DNA of 62,807 bases, filler included, from Octopus bimaculoides (lineage: Eukaryota), in NCBI RefSeq assembly GCF_001194135.2. It is 4 parts of 3 records of this genome, joined end to end, with 100 filler letters (N's around TTAATTAATTAA, not from the genome) between each part and the next. Parts side by side here need not be neighbours in the genome. Positions count along the whole stretch, not along the records: positions 1 to 20,234 come from NC_068982.1; 3 more parts are not named here. One strand, written 5' to 3'. The notes beneath the pieces are model-generated. The model was given only the letters and a program-made list of their open reading frames with translations. It searched no databases and was not told where the DNA came from. Shown in pieces: positions 1-11,054 of the stretch (its first letter is position 1; every line of letters begins with the position of its first letter). The translations under genes and the position numbers were made by a program.

Positions 1-101
1 GGCTATAGTATAAGATACTTGCCCAATATGCCACGCAATGGGACTGAGCCCTAAACCATGTGACTGAGAAGCAAACTTCTTACCACACAGCCACGTATAT
101 G

Positions 102-121
<20 letters not shown>

Positions 122-179
<58 letters not shown>

Positions 180-850
180 CGTGCATGTATGTATGGATGT
201 ATGGATGGATGGATGGAAGGAAGTATAGATGTATATATCAATGCATGTAGTATCCTTTTCTATGCAGACATAGGTATCTTTGTGTGCCGGTGTGAGCGGA
301 GGTATACAGGTGTAATGGATACACCTGTACATATTTATATAGGTGTTAAAATACACCTGATCATCTACTTATAAGAATGTGTATACGCATGCGTTATATA
401 CTCACTCTTCTATGGAGCTAGAAGTATCTGTGCATATAAGGCACAGATACACCTCAACATGTAGTTATGCGTATATTTGTCAGAGTTATTCAAATATCTC
501 TACATGTTACTATATGTATCTGCATGTAGCTATAAGTGTGTGCGTGTGTGTGTGTGTACGTGTGTGTGCGTGCGTTAAGAAACTATACATATGCCACTAT
601 CAGAGGGTATACATACACCACTATAAGTGTATCAGATTGTATATATATATATACACTATTAAAGTGTATACATACACCTGTACATAGAGCTATAGGTGTA
701 CATGAGTTGTATTCACAGGTGCGTGCACACGCTCACACACACATAAGCGCGCACACACATGTGAGCGCGTACACGCTGGCATACGCACGTGCGTGCGTGC
801 GCGCGCACACACACACACACACGCTTTCGTATGCAGCTATCGCTGTGTAG
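122..850. repeat. Compound (TG)n/(TA)n/(CA)n microsatellite field (similar fields at 1730-1970, 10150-10520, 19570-20234, 51570-52052, 57560-57720, 61590-61950, 62290-62807)
   Basis: Directly visible dinucleotide and tetranucleotide tracts. Confidence 0.95.
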
Positions 851-1348
851 ACCTGAGTATTTTATCGATACACCTCTACAAGAGAGATATATGTGAATAT
901 GTGTTATAGATACACCCGTCTCTAGATGGAGATACAAGGGATGGATATATATATATATATAAAGAGGATGTATAACAGGGGATGTATAAAGGGGGTGTAT
1001 AAAGAGGTTATAGAAACACCTCTACATATGGGAAATAAAAAAATAGCAGCAAAACTAAAAGCCATTTCATTGCATAACACCTACACTTCAATAATATTGA
1101 TTTTGTTTTTTTTTAACTTGTACAAAACCGGGCAATTACGAGGTAAGTAAAGTCGATCAAATCGATCCCAAAAACTTGATTGCTACTTATGTAATCGATT
1201 CTAGAGGGGATAACATGCAAAGCTGGCTCTAACGTGATTTGAACTCGGAATGTAAGTGCACGTTAGTAAGAGCACTGTGATCTATTTTTGTGCAGGGCTT
1301 TTAAACGATTTTTGACAATCCATCGACACAGGTTTTGTATATAGTGAC

Positions 1349-1349
<1 letters not shown>

Positions 1350-1437
<88 letters not shown>
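1350..1437. repeat. (AGT)n microsatellite (also 5470-5550 mixed AGC/AGT and 15017-15062)
   Basis: Directly visible. Confidence 0.95.
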
Positions 1438-1478
1438 CATCAGTAGCAGCCAATCGATTCATTAAACAGTGGAGTATA

Positions 1479-1519
<41 letters not shown>

Positions 1520-1726
1520 CGGCAGTTGTATAATATGATGGTGAAGCAGCCAGTACAGTACAATCTGGGTCAATTCTTCTAACATCCGCTCCTTTCAGTG
1601 ACCTTCCTTACTTTTACTGCTTTCTCGTTTCTTTGGAGGGGTTTTTTGAGTATCATTTTGTCGATTTTTGTTTTCATTTCAAATTTTACCGACCGTTATG
1701 TCGTAAGGATGCTTCATGGGTGTTTG

Positions 1727-1763
<37 letters not shown>

Positions 1764-1862
1764 GCACTCAAACACACATATACACATACACACACACATA
1801 CATATATGTATGTATATATACATATATATATATATACATATATACACACACACACACACATC

Positions 1863-1896
<34 letters not shown>

Positions 1897-2131
1897 TGCA
1901 TATACTTATATATATGTGCATATATACGTATAATTAAATATTAATACGTATATAGACATATACATATATATAGATTGTTTAAAGCGCTATACAGATTTTA
2001 TATTATATTATGAAAAGGATTGTAGTCAGGATTTGAATAAAAACTATTGTATTTCGCGTCTTTATCCCTTTCAGCGATTCGTCATGAATGGGTTGATCAC
2101 ATTTTTTATCCATATCCTGACTACCTTCTTC

Positions 2132-2167
<36 letters not shown>

Positions 2168-2217
2168 TCCACACACACACACACACACACATATATACGT
2201 ATATATATATATATATA

Positions 2218-2480
2218 ACAGCGGAGCTTGAAGCGACCCAACGTTACTATACTAAAAAAAATTGTAACAGTGCAGCAGATAAGCTGAAAAAACTACGACT
2301 TTGCAGCCTGGAGTGAAGACGCGACAGATATGTAATAATCTATAGATGGAAAATTCTGAAAGGCTTGTACCTAACTTCGACATCGAGTGTTATACAAATG
2401 CCCGAACTGGATGCCATTATATTGTACCAAAAGTATCATCCAGCCCATCTAATGTCCGGATCTGATACTGCAATAGCTTA
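2218..2480 (+). mobile_element. CR1/L2-like LINE remnant (region C-terminal to RT)
   Basis: Frameshifted AELEATQRYYTKK..LKKLRLCSLE*RRDRYVIIYRWKILKG resembles the CR1 motif LE.VQR.FTK...ERL..L.L.SL..RR.RY.II..WKI. Confidence 0.7.
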
Positions 2481-2787
2481 GACGACCCATATTTACACTG
2501 GATATCTTGCCTTGCCTTGTCTCTGGATCATGTCAGTAAGGTGAAGAAGGTTTGTGCGGTGCTGTGCAAGCATTATTGGATTCGAAATTTTAGGTTGTGC
2601 AGTCGCCGGCGTGACAGCTATCCAATGCTCGGTCGAGAAGAAGGGCGCCACGGCGAGCATGGAAGCTGCAGATGCGAACCCAGATGAAGCTGACTAATGG
2701 TACAATAACCCCATACAGAAGCAACGCTGGAATTTTGCTTGGACAATGGCCAGTGATGGTCTTCCTCGGTTACGAGTGGACAGCCAT

Positions 2788-2827
<40 letters not shown>

Positions 2828-2924
2828 AGAATAAGGGCAGGGAATCGTCAATTAATAATAGAATTAATAATTAACAATTTTGCCAAGTAGTTCAGTATGA
2901 AAAAACCTTTATCGGTAAAACCAT

Positions 2925-3230
2925 TTATCATCATAAATATACAGGGATTAGCATTGAGTTGCTTCTCCAACATACTGAAAATTTAGAAATAGCAGTCAAA
3001 GAACTACTGATTCTAAACTACAAATTTTTCTCTAAATGGATGGCGATATTTATGGCACACATAGAACAAAAAACCGGAGGGGGAAGCATAAACAAAACAA
3101 GTCTTTAGTTAATCGGATACGATCGTTTCATGGTTAAGAGAATGAAAATTTCTCTATTCCAAATCTTCAGTCCGATATTCTGATAAATTTGAAAGTGTCT
3201 CTAAAAAATACATATGCGTATGAATTTATG
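2925..3230. repeat. Dispersed ~300-bp repeat carrying HH-A (second copy 57147-57430)
   Basis: Shared blocks such as ttgagttgcttctcca.catactgaaaatttagaaatagcagtcaaagaactactgatt and ggatggcgatatttatggcacac occur on two different scaffold pieces. Confidence 0.85.
3112..3176 (-). ncRNA. Hammerhead ribozyme-like motif, family HH-A copy 1 (type I, core intact)
   Basis: Minus strand reads ATCGGA-CTGAAGA-[stem II]-GAAACGATCGTA/TCCGAT. It has a perfect 6-bp helix I, canonical CUGANGA and GAAA, a GUA triplet and a palindromic helix III (ACGATCGT). Helix II closes with a non-canonical U.U. Confidence 0.7.
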
Positions 3231-3787
3231 TGTATAAACGACATGAATCTAAAAAGAAAGCGACACAAAGTGGTCGGTGGCTGAATTTGAACTGGACCAG
3301 GAATGTACTAGAGTCTCTCATACTAAGGAGGCCAAATCCGGGCTCGAGATGCAGCACGTACTGCTGTCCCTTGTCACAGAGGTGTGGTTGCCGACAAGTG
3401 GCTGTGCGAGGGTCATTACATCTCGTTTGGATGCTCTACCCCATTAGCTTTATGGATACATAGCAAACTTAGTCACACCTCACTTAACAGATGTCTATTG
3501 CTGGAATATTCTCAGTGCTGTTAGCCGGACAGTGTGGACTGAGGAACAAGGGTGCAAACAGATAAGACTTCATTAATATTTTTTTTTCTTTACCCTATAA
3601 CTCTGAATTTGGTCATGGTGCTCGCAAAGAAGTCTACATTGTCTTTGGTAATGCGGTCGGAAGTGCACAGATCTGTATGATTCCCGGTGGATCTATCCAT
3701 GACACCCTTCATATTATTATAAACATTATTATCATTATTTGTATTGTTTACATTTGACGGATATTTGTCCTCATCCTGTATGTTGTT

Positions 3788-3833
3788 AACACAGCGTTTC
3801 GGCTGATATACCCTCCAGCCTTCATCAGGTGTC
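3788..3833 (-). ncRNA. Hammerhead ribozyme-like motif, family HH-B left copy
   Basis: Minus strand reads GACAC-CTGATGA-A-GGCTG(loop)CAGCC-GAAAC-GCT-GTGTT. Core and helix II are intact, but the triplet is GCU rather than GUU (U16.1 lost). Confidence 0.65.
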
Positions 3834-3880
3834 TTGGAGAAATTTCGAACCTGGGTTCTCATTCCTCAGGTATTTTTCGA

Positions 3881-3945
<65 letters not shown>

Positions 3946-4187
3946 TCACTGCCTGGAATCGAACTCAGAATCTGCTGAGTTCGATTCCAGGCAGTGAACT
4001 GAATAATAATAATAATAATAAGAAGAAGAAGAAGAAGATGAAGAAGAAGAAGAAGAAGAAGAAGAAGAAGAAGAAAAAGAAGAAGAAAAAGAAAAAGAAG
4101 AAGAAGAAGAAGAAGAAGAAGAAGAAGAAGAAGAAGAAGAAGAAGAAGAAGATCGAAAAATACCTTAGGAATGAGAAATTTCCCCAA

Positions 4188-4233
4188 GACACCTGATGAA
4201 AGCGGGAAGGTATATCAGCCAAAACGTTGTGTT
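4188..4233 (+). ncRNA. Hammerhead ribozyme-like motif, family HH-B right copy
   Basis: Plus strand reads GACAC-CTGATGA-A-AGCGG(loop)CAGCC-AAAAC-GTT-GTGTT. The GUU triplet and AACGTT palindrome are intact, but G12 is A and helix II has two mismatches. Confidence 0.55.
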
Positions 4234-4344
4234 AACAACAAACAAGATGAGGACAAATATCCGTCAAATGTAAATAATGTAAATAATGTACATAATTCGT
4301 CATCTCTTAAATATAGAACTGTATTATTATCATTATTATTTAAA

Positions 4345-4512
4345 TTCCGCATTTCATCCGTCTTTACGCTCTGAGTTCAAATTCCACCGAGGTCAACTTT
4401 GCCTTTCATCCTTTCGGGGTCGATAAATTAAGAACCAGTGAAACACCGGGGCCGATGTAATCGACTAATCCCCTCCCACAAAATTTGTGACCTTGTGTCT
4501 CCAGTAAAAAGG

Positions 4513-4574
<62 letters not shown>

Positions 4575-4955
4575 AATTCCGCATTTCGTCTGTCTTTATG
4601 TTCTGAGTTCAAATTCCACCGAGGTCAACTTTGCCTTTCGTCCTTTCGGGGTTGATAAATTAAGTACTGGGGTCGATGTGATTGAATTTCCCCTCCCCAC
4701 AAATTTGAGGTCCTGTGCCTCCAGTAAAAAGGATTATTATAAAAGCGGCGTGTTGGCAGAATTGTTAGCGCGCCGGCCAAAATGGTTATCGGCATTTCGT
4801 CTATTTTTACGTTCTGAGTTCAAATTCCACCGAGGTCGAATTTGCCTTTCGTTCTTTAGGGGTCGATAAAATAAGTACCAGTGGAGTACTGAGGTCGATG
4901 CAATCGGCTTACACCCTCCGCCAGAACTTGTCGTCTAGTGCCAAATATAAAACCA
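4345..4955 (+). mobile_element. Three head-to-tail copies of SINE family C (Meta-domain-like centre); full-length copy 4741-4955
   Basis: tRNA-like head with ttctgagttcaaattcc and central gaggtcaactttgcctttcatcctttcggggtcgataaa, which resembles the recalled MetaSINE domain. Other copies at 1130-1270, 8440-8590, 11445-11605, 37722-37914, 42765-42970, 45500-45705, 49655-49790 and 59170-59345. Confidence 0.8.
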
Positions 4956-5519
4956 TCGTTACTATTACTTAAAGTGGAAGGACGGTAGAGTGTTATAATC
5001 GGTAGAGCATCCTTGAATATGCCTTGTTATATTTTTAGTTTTCCTTTACGTGCTCAGTTCAAACCCCACTGGTGCAGTGTGGTGAGGTCAGGTTGGGCGG
5101 TGGTGGTTCCTTCTGCATTTTTTTCTCTCTGCAAGATCGATAATATAAGAACCAATAAATTACTGGAATTGATTCAAAGAGCTACACCCTTCCTCTAGAA
5201 ATGTGTGTTCCGGTGCCAAATTAGAAATCAATATATTGGGAATATCCTAATTCCATACCGTTGTATGAAACTATGTAATGACTACATCTACGATATGGTT
5301 TCGATTCTTGGTTGAAGGTCTTTCTCTTCCTTTGCGACATTAATGTTCTTTTGACACGCACAAACAGTATTGATTCTTTCCACTGTCCAAACTCCCAAAG
5401 ATTCACAGACAATGGAATACTTTCGTTTGGTAGTAAATCAATTGTTTAGCACGTTATCAAAAGTCCACTGCAGCAGCAGCAGCAGTAGCAGCAGCAGTAG
5501 CAGCAGCAGTAGCAACAGC

Positions 5520-5550
<31 letters not shown>

Positions 5551-5579
5551 ATGGTGGTGGTGCTGGTGGTGCTGGTGGA

Positions 5580-6650
5580 GTGGATTTGGAAAAAACAAAC
5601 AGGGCAGTAGTTAAAGAGCCAGAGACTCAAAGCTGAGACTGACAGGTTTTCGTCGAGACACAAGACGTTCAAAGCCTTCCTACTAGAAAACTACCAAAGA
5701 CATATTAAGAATCAGAACCTAATAAGTAACGGAAGAATATGTAGAGGCTGTGAAGAAACAAGAAACTACGCTGTTTCTTTCTCGCCATCTACAAACACGA
5801 CACTTTTGGAGCTTTCATACCCAGGAAATTAAGCCAATATCAGGAAATACCAAGAAAACAGAGATAGTATGAATATACACCAAACAATAATGCCAGTCAA
5901 TGATAAATGATTATATTCTGAGTCTTGTCAATTCAGGCGAGAAAATCAGACAAGTATAAACATCAAAGCTCATCAGAGGGAAAAAAGCCCCCGAAGTAAT
6001 TTATAAATCCTATAAATTCAAGCAAACAATAGCAGTAATAGATCTAAACAGAAAAAAGAAAAAGAGAAATTATCTCAATTGTTGTTGTTGGCACTCCGTC
6101 GCTTACGACGTCGAGGGTTCCAGTTGATCCGATCAACGGAATAGCCTGCTCGTGAGATTAACGTGCAAGTGGCTGAGCACTCCACAGACACGTGTACCCT
6201 TAGCGTAGTTCTCGAGGATATTCAGCGTGACACATTGTGACAAGGCTGACCCTTTGAATTACAGGCACAACAGAAACAGGAAATAAGAGTGAGAGAAAGA
6301 GTACAGCAGGGTTCGCCACCATCCCCTGCCGGAGCGTCGTGGAGCTTTAGGTGTTTTCGCTCAATAAACAGTCACAACGCCCGGTCTGGGAATCGAAACC
6401 GCGATCCTATGACCGCGAGTCCGCTGCCCTAACCACTGGGCCATTGCGCCTCCACTATCTCAATTAAAAGCCCTGGAAATAGTGATATCCAGAATGTGGA
6501 GTGGAGTGACTGAAAACATAAGCAATCGCCATAATAACAGGCTACAGGGACGATGATAATATAATGTTGCAAACCTGACTCAAAGTTCAGTACTTAGTAT
6601 ATAAAACAGCCCTAAACAAGGCTCTCAATAGACCAGCAGTATTAAGTGTA
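5580..6650 (+). mobile_element. R4/Dong-like (restriction-endonuclease-type) non-LTR fossil, split by a SINE
   Basis: Across frameshifts it reads ..LKAET..QSLPTR.NYQRHI..CRGCEET.. and EKLSQL|KALEIVISRMW. The latter reads in frame once the SINE and one TSD copy are removed and resembles R4-clade AQDQ.L.T..Y...I...CR.C...ET and EK..KY.DL..EI.RMW. Confidence 0.65.
6081..6455 (-). mobile_element. tRNA-derived SINE (family B), full length, (CAA)n tail, 10-bp TSD TATCTCAATT
   Basis: A box TGGCCCAGTGG, B box GGTTTCGATTCC. TSD at 6071-6080 and 6456-6465. Confidence 0.9.
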
Positions 6651-7022
6651 CTCAGACACGGTTTATATATTACATAGAATATTTTCAAATATATACTTAC
6701 AAATTCAAATCTGCTTGAGGCATATTCGACCCCGTAAGAAAGCCATTCACTGTATTTTGTCATGGAGAAAAATTCTTGCTGTAGACAAATAGGTGTAAAC
6801 ACACTAAGTCAGTTCAAAACGCCCAGCTACCCGGATTGATGGATGAATGCGTTTCAGGGTAGTTATTTCTTCTTCAGCATCGAACATTGGAAAGATAAGT
6901 GCTACGAACGGACGACAAACCAGGACCCTGTTATATTTCAGTCAAAATATTGTGACCGTTAGCGCTAATCGGTGGCTTGGCTATAATAAAATACGGATTA
7001 GAAGCGCTTAGTAGAGATGTTT

Positions 7023-7406
7023 GGAGGCGCAATGGCCCAGTGGTTAGGGCAGCAGAATCGCGGTCGTAGGATCGTGGTTTCGATTCCCAGACCAGGCGTT
7101 GTGAGTGTTTATTGAGCGAAAACACCTAAAGTTCCACGAGGCTCCGGCAGAGGATGGTGGCGAACCCTGCTGCACTCTTTCACCACAACTGTCTCTCACT
7201 CTTTCTTCCTGTTTCTGTTGTGCCTGTATTTCAAAGGGACCAGCTTTGTCACACTGTGTCACGCTGAATCACCCCGAGAACTACGTTAAGGGTACACGTG
7301 TCTGTGGAGTGCTCAGCCGCTTGCACGTTAATCTCACGAGCAGGCTGTTCCGTTGATCGGATCAACTGGAACCCTCGTCGTCGTAACCGACGGAGTACCA
7401 AAAAAA
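7023..7406 (+). mobile_element. tRNA-derived SINE (family B), full length, 12-bp TSD GTAG(A/T)GATGTTT
   Basis: High identity to the reverse complement of 6081-6455. TSD at 7011-7022 and 7407-7418 (11/12 match). Confidence 0.9.
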
Positions 7407-9422
7407 GTAGTGATGTTTACAAGTGTAAACTTGCTACTGCTTCAAATATGCTTGAGACATATTCGAACCCGTAGGAAAGCGATTCACTCTATTTTATCAC
7501 ACTACGTTGACTGGAATATAATAAGAGAGACCCGGTTTCCTTGTCAGTCCGTAGCGCATCATCTGCCAGTGCTCGATGCTGTGGAGGAGGTAACTACCCG
7601 GAAATGCATGCATCCATCAATCTAGTACTGGGTTCTACGTAATTGATGATCTTCTATCCTCAAATTTCAGGCCCCGTGCATATAATAGAAAGGAAAAATA
7701 TATGAGTATGCGAAGTGTTTTGTTTTTGTTTTAAGTTTTTTCTATTGTATTACTCTTTACTTGTTTCAGTCATTTGACTGTGGCCATGCTGGAGCACCGC
7801 CTTTAGTCGAAGAAATTGACCTCAGGACTTATTCTTTGTAAGCCTAGTACTTATTCTATCGGTCTCTTTTTGCCGAACCACTAAGTTACGGGGACGTAAA
7901 CACACCAGCATCGGTTGTCAAGCGATGGTGGGGGGGGGGACAAACACAGACACACAAACACACACACACACACANNNNNNNNNNNNNNNNNNNNNNNNNN
8001 NNNNNNNNNNNNNNNNNNNNNNNNNNNNNNNNNNNNNNNNNNNNNNNNNNNNNNNNNNNNNNNNNNNNNNNNNNNNNNNNNNNNNNNNNNNNNNNNNNNN
8101 NNNNNNNNNNNNNNNNNNNNNNNNNNNNNNNNNNNNNNNNNNNNNNNNNNNNNNNNNNNNNNNNNNNNNNNNNNNNNNNNNNNNNNNNNNNNNNNNNNNN
8201 NNNNNNNNNNNNNNNNNNNNNNNNNNNNNNNNNNNNNNNNNNNNNNNNNNNNNNNNNNNNNNNNNNNNNNNNNNNNNNNNNNNNNNNNNNNNNNNNNNNN
8301 NNNNNNNNNNNNNNNNNNNNNNNNNNNNNNNNNNNNNNNNNNNNNNNNNNNNNNNNNNNNNNNNNNNNNNNNNNNNNNNTTGTCGTATGGGCGTTGGATG
8401 AAGAGGTTACAGAATGAGGAAAATTATAAGAGGTAAAAAAATTGATATCTAACAATTTTTGCGGAGAGTGAACAATTGACTGATATGTATTTTATTGACC
8501 ACGAAAGATGAAAGGCAAAGTTGACCTCAGTAAGACTTGGAGTCAAAATGTAAAAGACACTGTCTAAATACCGCAAAACATCCAAGGAGCCTCTCTGTGA
8601 TTGCTTGACTTTGCGGAAAACAGCACCCAAATTTCCTTCCAATCACACCCAACCGTCTTTCAAAAGAAAAAAAGTAAACAACGTTTCGTGACCCGAATTT
8701 CCGTGCATATTGGAGAAGGTTCAGATAGTCACAGCTGGAATCGAATCATAGAAAAGCTCCCAAGTGTACAACCGCAACACAGGGACAGATAACTCAAGGT
8801 CTGTAGGAGTTAAAAAGGAAGGCCCTATCTGGTCGCTTGACTTGCTTGAAATAGCAGCCATCTCTTCCTTAAACTATACTCTACTTTTCTTCATTAAAGG
8901 AAGGACACCTGAGAGAGTGTAGTTACCTTGAAGAAGGCGGGAACGACACGGATGGAAGGTTTGCTCAAGGTTGACTTGGGTAATAAAACAACACAATGTC
9001 TTTTATATCTTTTAATTTTCTTTCAGTTGTTGGACTGCGGCCATGCTGGGGCACTGCCTTACCTATTCTATCATCACGTTTGTTGAACCGTTCAGTTACA
9101 GGGACGCAAACAACCCAACACCGGTTGTCCAACAGTAGTGAGGACAAACACGAAGACACACACACACATATATATACATATATTCTTTTATTCTTTTACT
9201 TGTTTCAGTCATTTGACTGCAGCCAAGCTGGAGCACCGCCTTAACGTGTTTTAGTCAAAGAGTTCGACCCCAGGACTTATTCTTTGAAAGCCTAGTACTT
9301 ATTCTATTGGTCTCTTTTGCCGAATCGCTAAGTTACGGGATTATAAACACACCAGCATCGGTCGTCAAGTGATGGCAGAGGAAACAAACTCATAATTATA
9401 TAAATATGCATATATATGCATA

Positions 9423-9521
<99 letters not shown>

Positions 9522-11054
9522 GACAGGCTTCTTTAAGTTTCTATCTACCAAATCCACTCACAACGCTTTGGTTGGCCCGAGGCTAGAGTAGAAGATATCT
9601 GCCCAAGGGGCCATGCAGTGGGACTGAACTATTCTGACATCTCACCATAAATCTTTAAAATAACAAATAAGATCAAGACTGCCACACAGTGTACTTGAAC
9701 CACTGACCTGTCAGTTACCGGACGAACGCTTTAATCACCTGTACCACGTGATGGAATAATAACCGAATGAATTAAAGGAAAATTTGAACGACTGCGAACC
9801 TTAAACTATTTATTTTGGGATTATTCTCGGAAGTTAAACAGAGTGGGGAGGATGTTTAGTAAATCTTAATCAATAAGACACGAAGAATGTGAGTAGGTGG
9901 CGGGGAGGGAGAGGCAGAGGAGAAAGGTGAAGATGGGGTTTCAGAAGTTCAGGTTTTGCTCGGAACCCTATCATTAAGATTTAATATTTGCTGAGGTGTA
10001 GGGAGTGGGAGAAGCGGTGAGAGGATAATTACCCTTCCTCAAAAATAACCTCCTTCTTCTGTCTCAACCAGTCTTCAGAGCCAATATCTGTGACCTTTGG
10101 TGGGGGGGGGGCGTTCGAAATTCCAGCGTATCGATTACATGAAGCAATAAGGGTGCGTGTGTGTGTGTATGTGTGTGTGTGTGTTTATGTCAGTGTGTAC
10201 ATGTGTGTGTGTGTGTGTGTGTTTCTATAGTGTGCATATATATGCATATGCGCATATGTGTATGTGTCCATGAGTGAAATATGTGTTTGTGTGTGAATAA
10301 ATGTATGCATGTATGTATATGTATGTATGTATGTATGCATGTATGTATATATGTGCGTGTGTATGTATATATATATATGTGTGTATGTATGTATGTATGT
10401 ATATATATATATATATACATACATACATACATACACAAACATACATATACATACATGTATGTATGTATATATGCATATATTTATGTGTGTGTGTATGTGC
10501 CCGCCTATGTATATGCAGTTGTATTTCTACAAACTGGATGGCTCTCGTTCAGCAGTAGCAGGAGATGCGGCGTTCGGTTAAAGAATGCGAGGGATACCTT
10601 CGTTCATCGTACTCCCCACAATCTCACACACCTCCCAAACTTCGAATTTTTTTTTTTTTTTTTTTGTCTCTCATCAAAAGAATTTCCACCAATTTTGCAG
10701 AAGCCTCTTTCCATCCACTTTTCTAACACAATGTTACTGTAAACAACAATTATGCTGAGAATTTTTTCCACCTTCGCTACTAGCTTTACATCTGATTTCA
10801 TCCTTCACACACTTCGTAAATTTTCCGAAGAATCCCTTTCTACTCTACCAGGTTCACCACGATGCACTTGCTAAATACCTAGGTAGCTTTAATCTCTTTA
10901 TACCAAGAATACAACTGGTTCTGACCGTCCTGTAGCATATACGTATATATATTATACATTCGTGTATATTCATACATTCATGACCAAGGTATCCCACCAA
11001 GGTATAGCAAGTTATACCTGTGATGAAAATATTTCACTACTGTTATCATGTTAA

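Larger units (their letters stand above)
3733..4288. repeat. ~550-bp foldback palindrome of a tRNA-B-box and hammerhead-bearing retroposon
   Basis: Central 28-bp arms 3941-3968 and 3975-4002 (1 mismatch, loop AATCTG), then (ATT)n versus (AAT)n(AAG)n, then 3733-3881 mirrored by 4152-4288 with one short deletion. Confidence 0.9.

Noticed and set aside
51-2316. ORFs rich in CV, HT, YI and poly-V (and similar ones at 10185-10581, 19460-20282, 51571-51992 and 61292-62764)
   Set aside because: These are translations of dinucleotide and trinucleotide microsatellites, which lack stops in several frames.
3825-4222. Mirror-image 120-aa ORFs with poly-I/K/L/N/F
   Set aside because: They result from the foldback palindrome and its (ATT)n/(AAG)n tracts.
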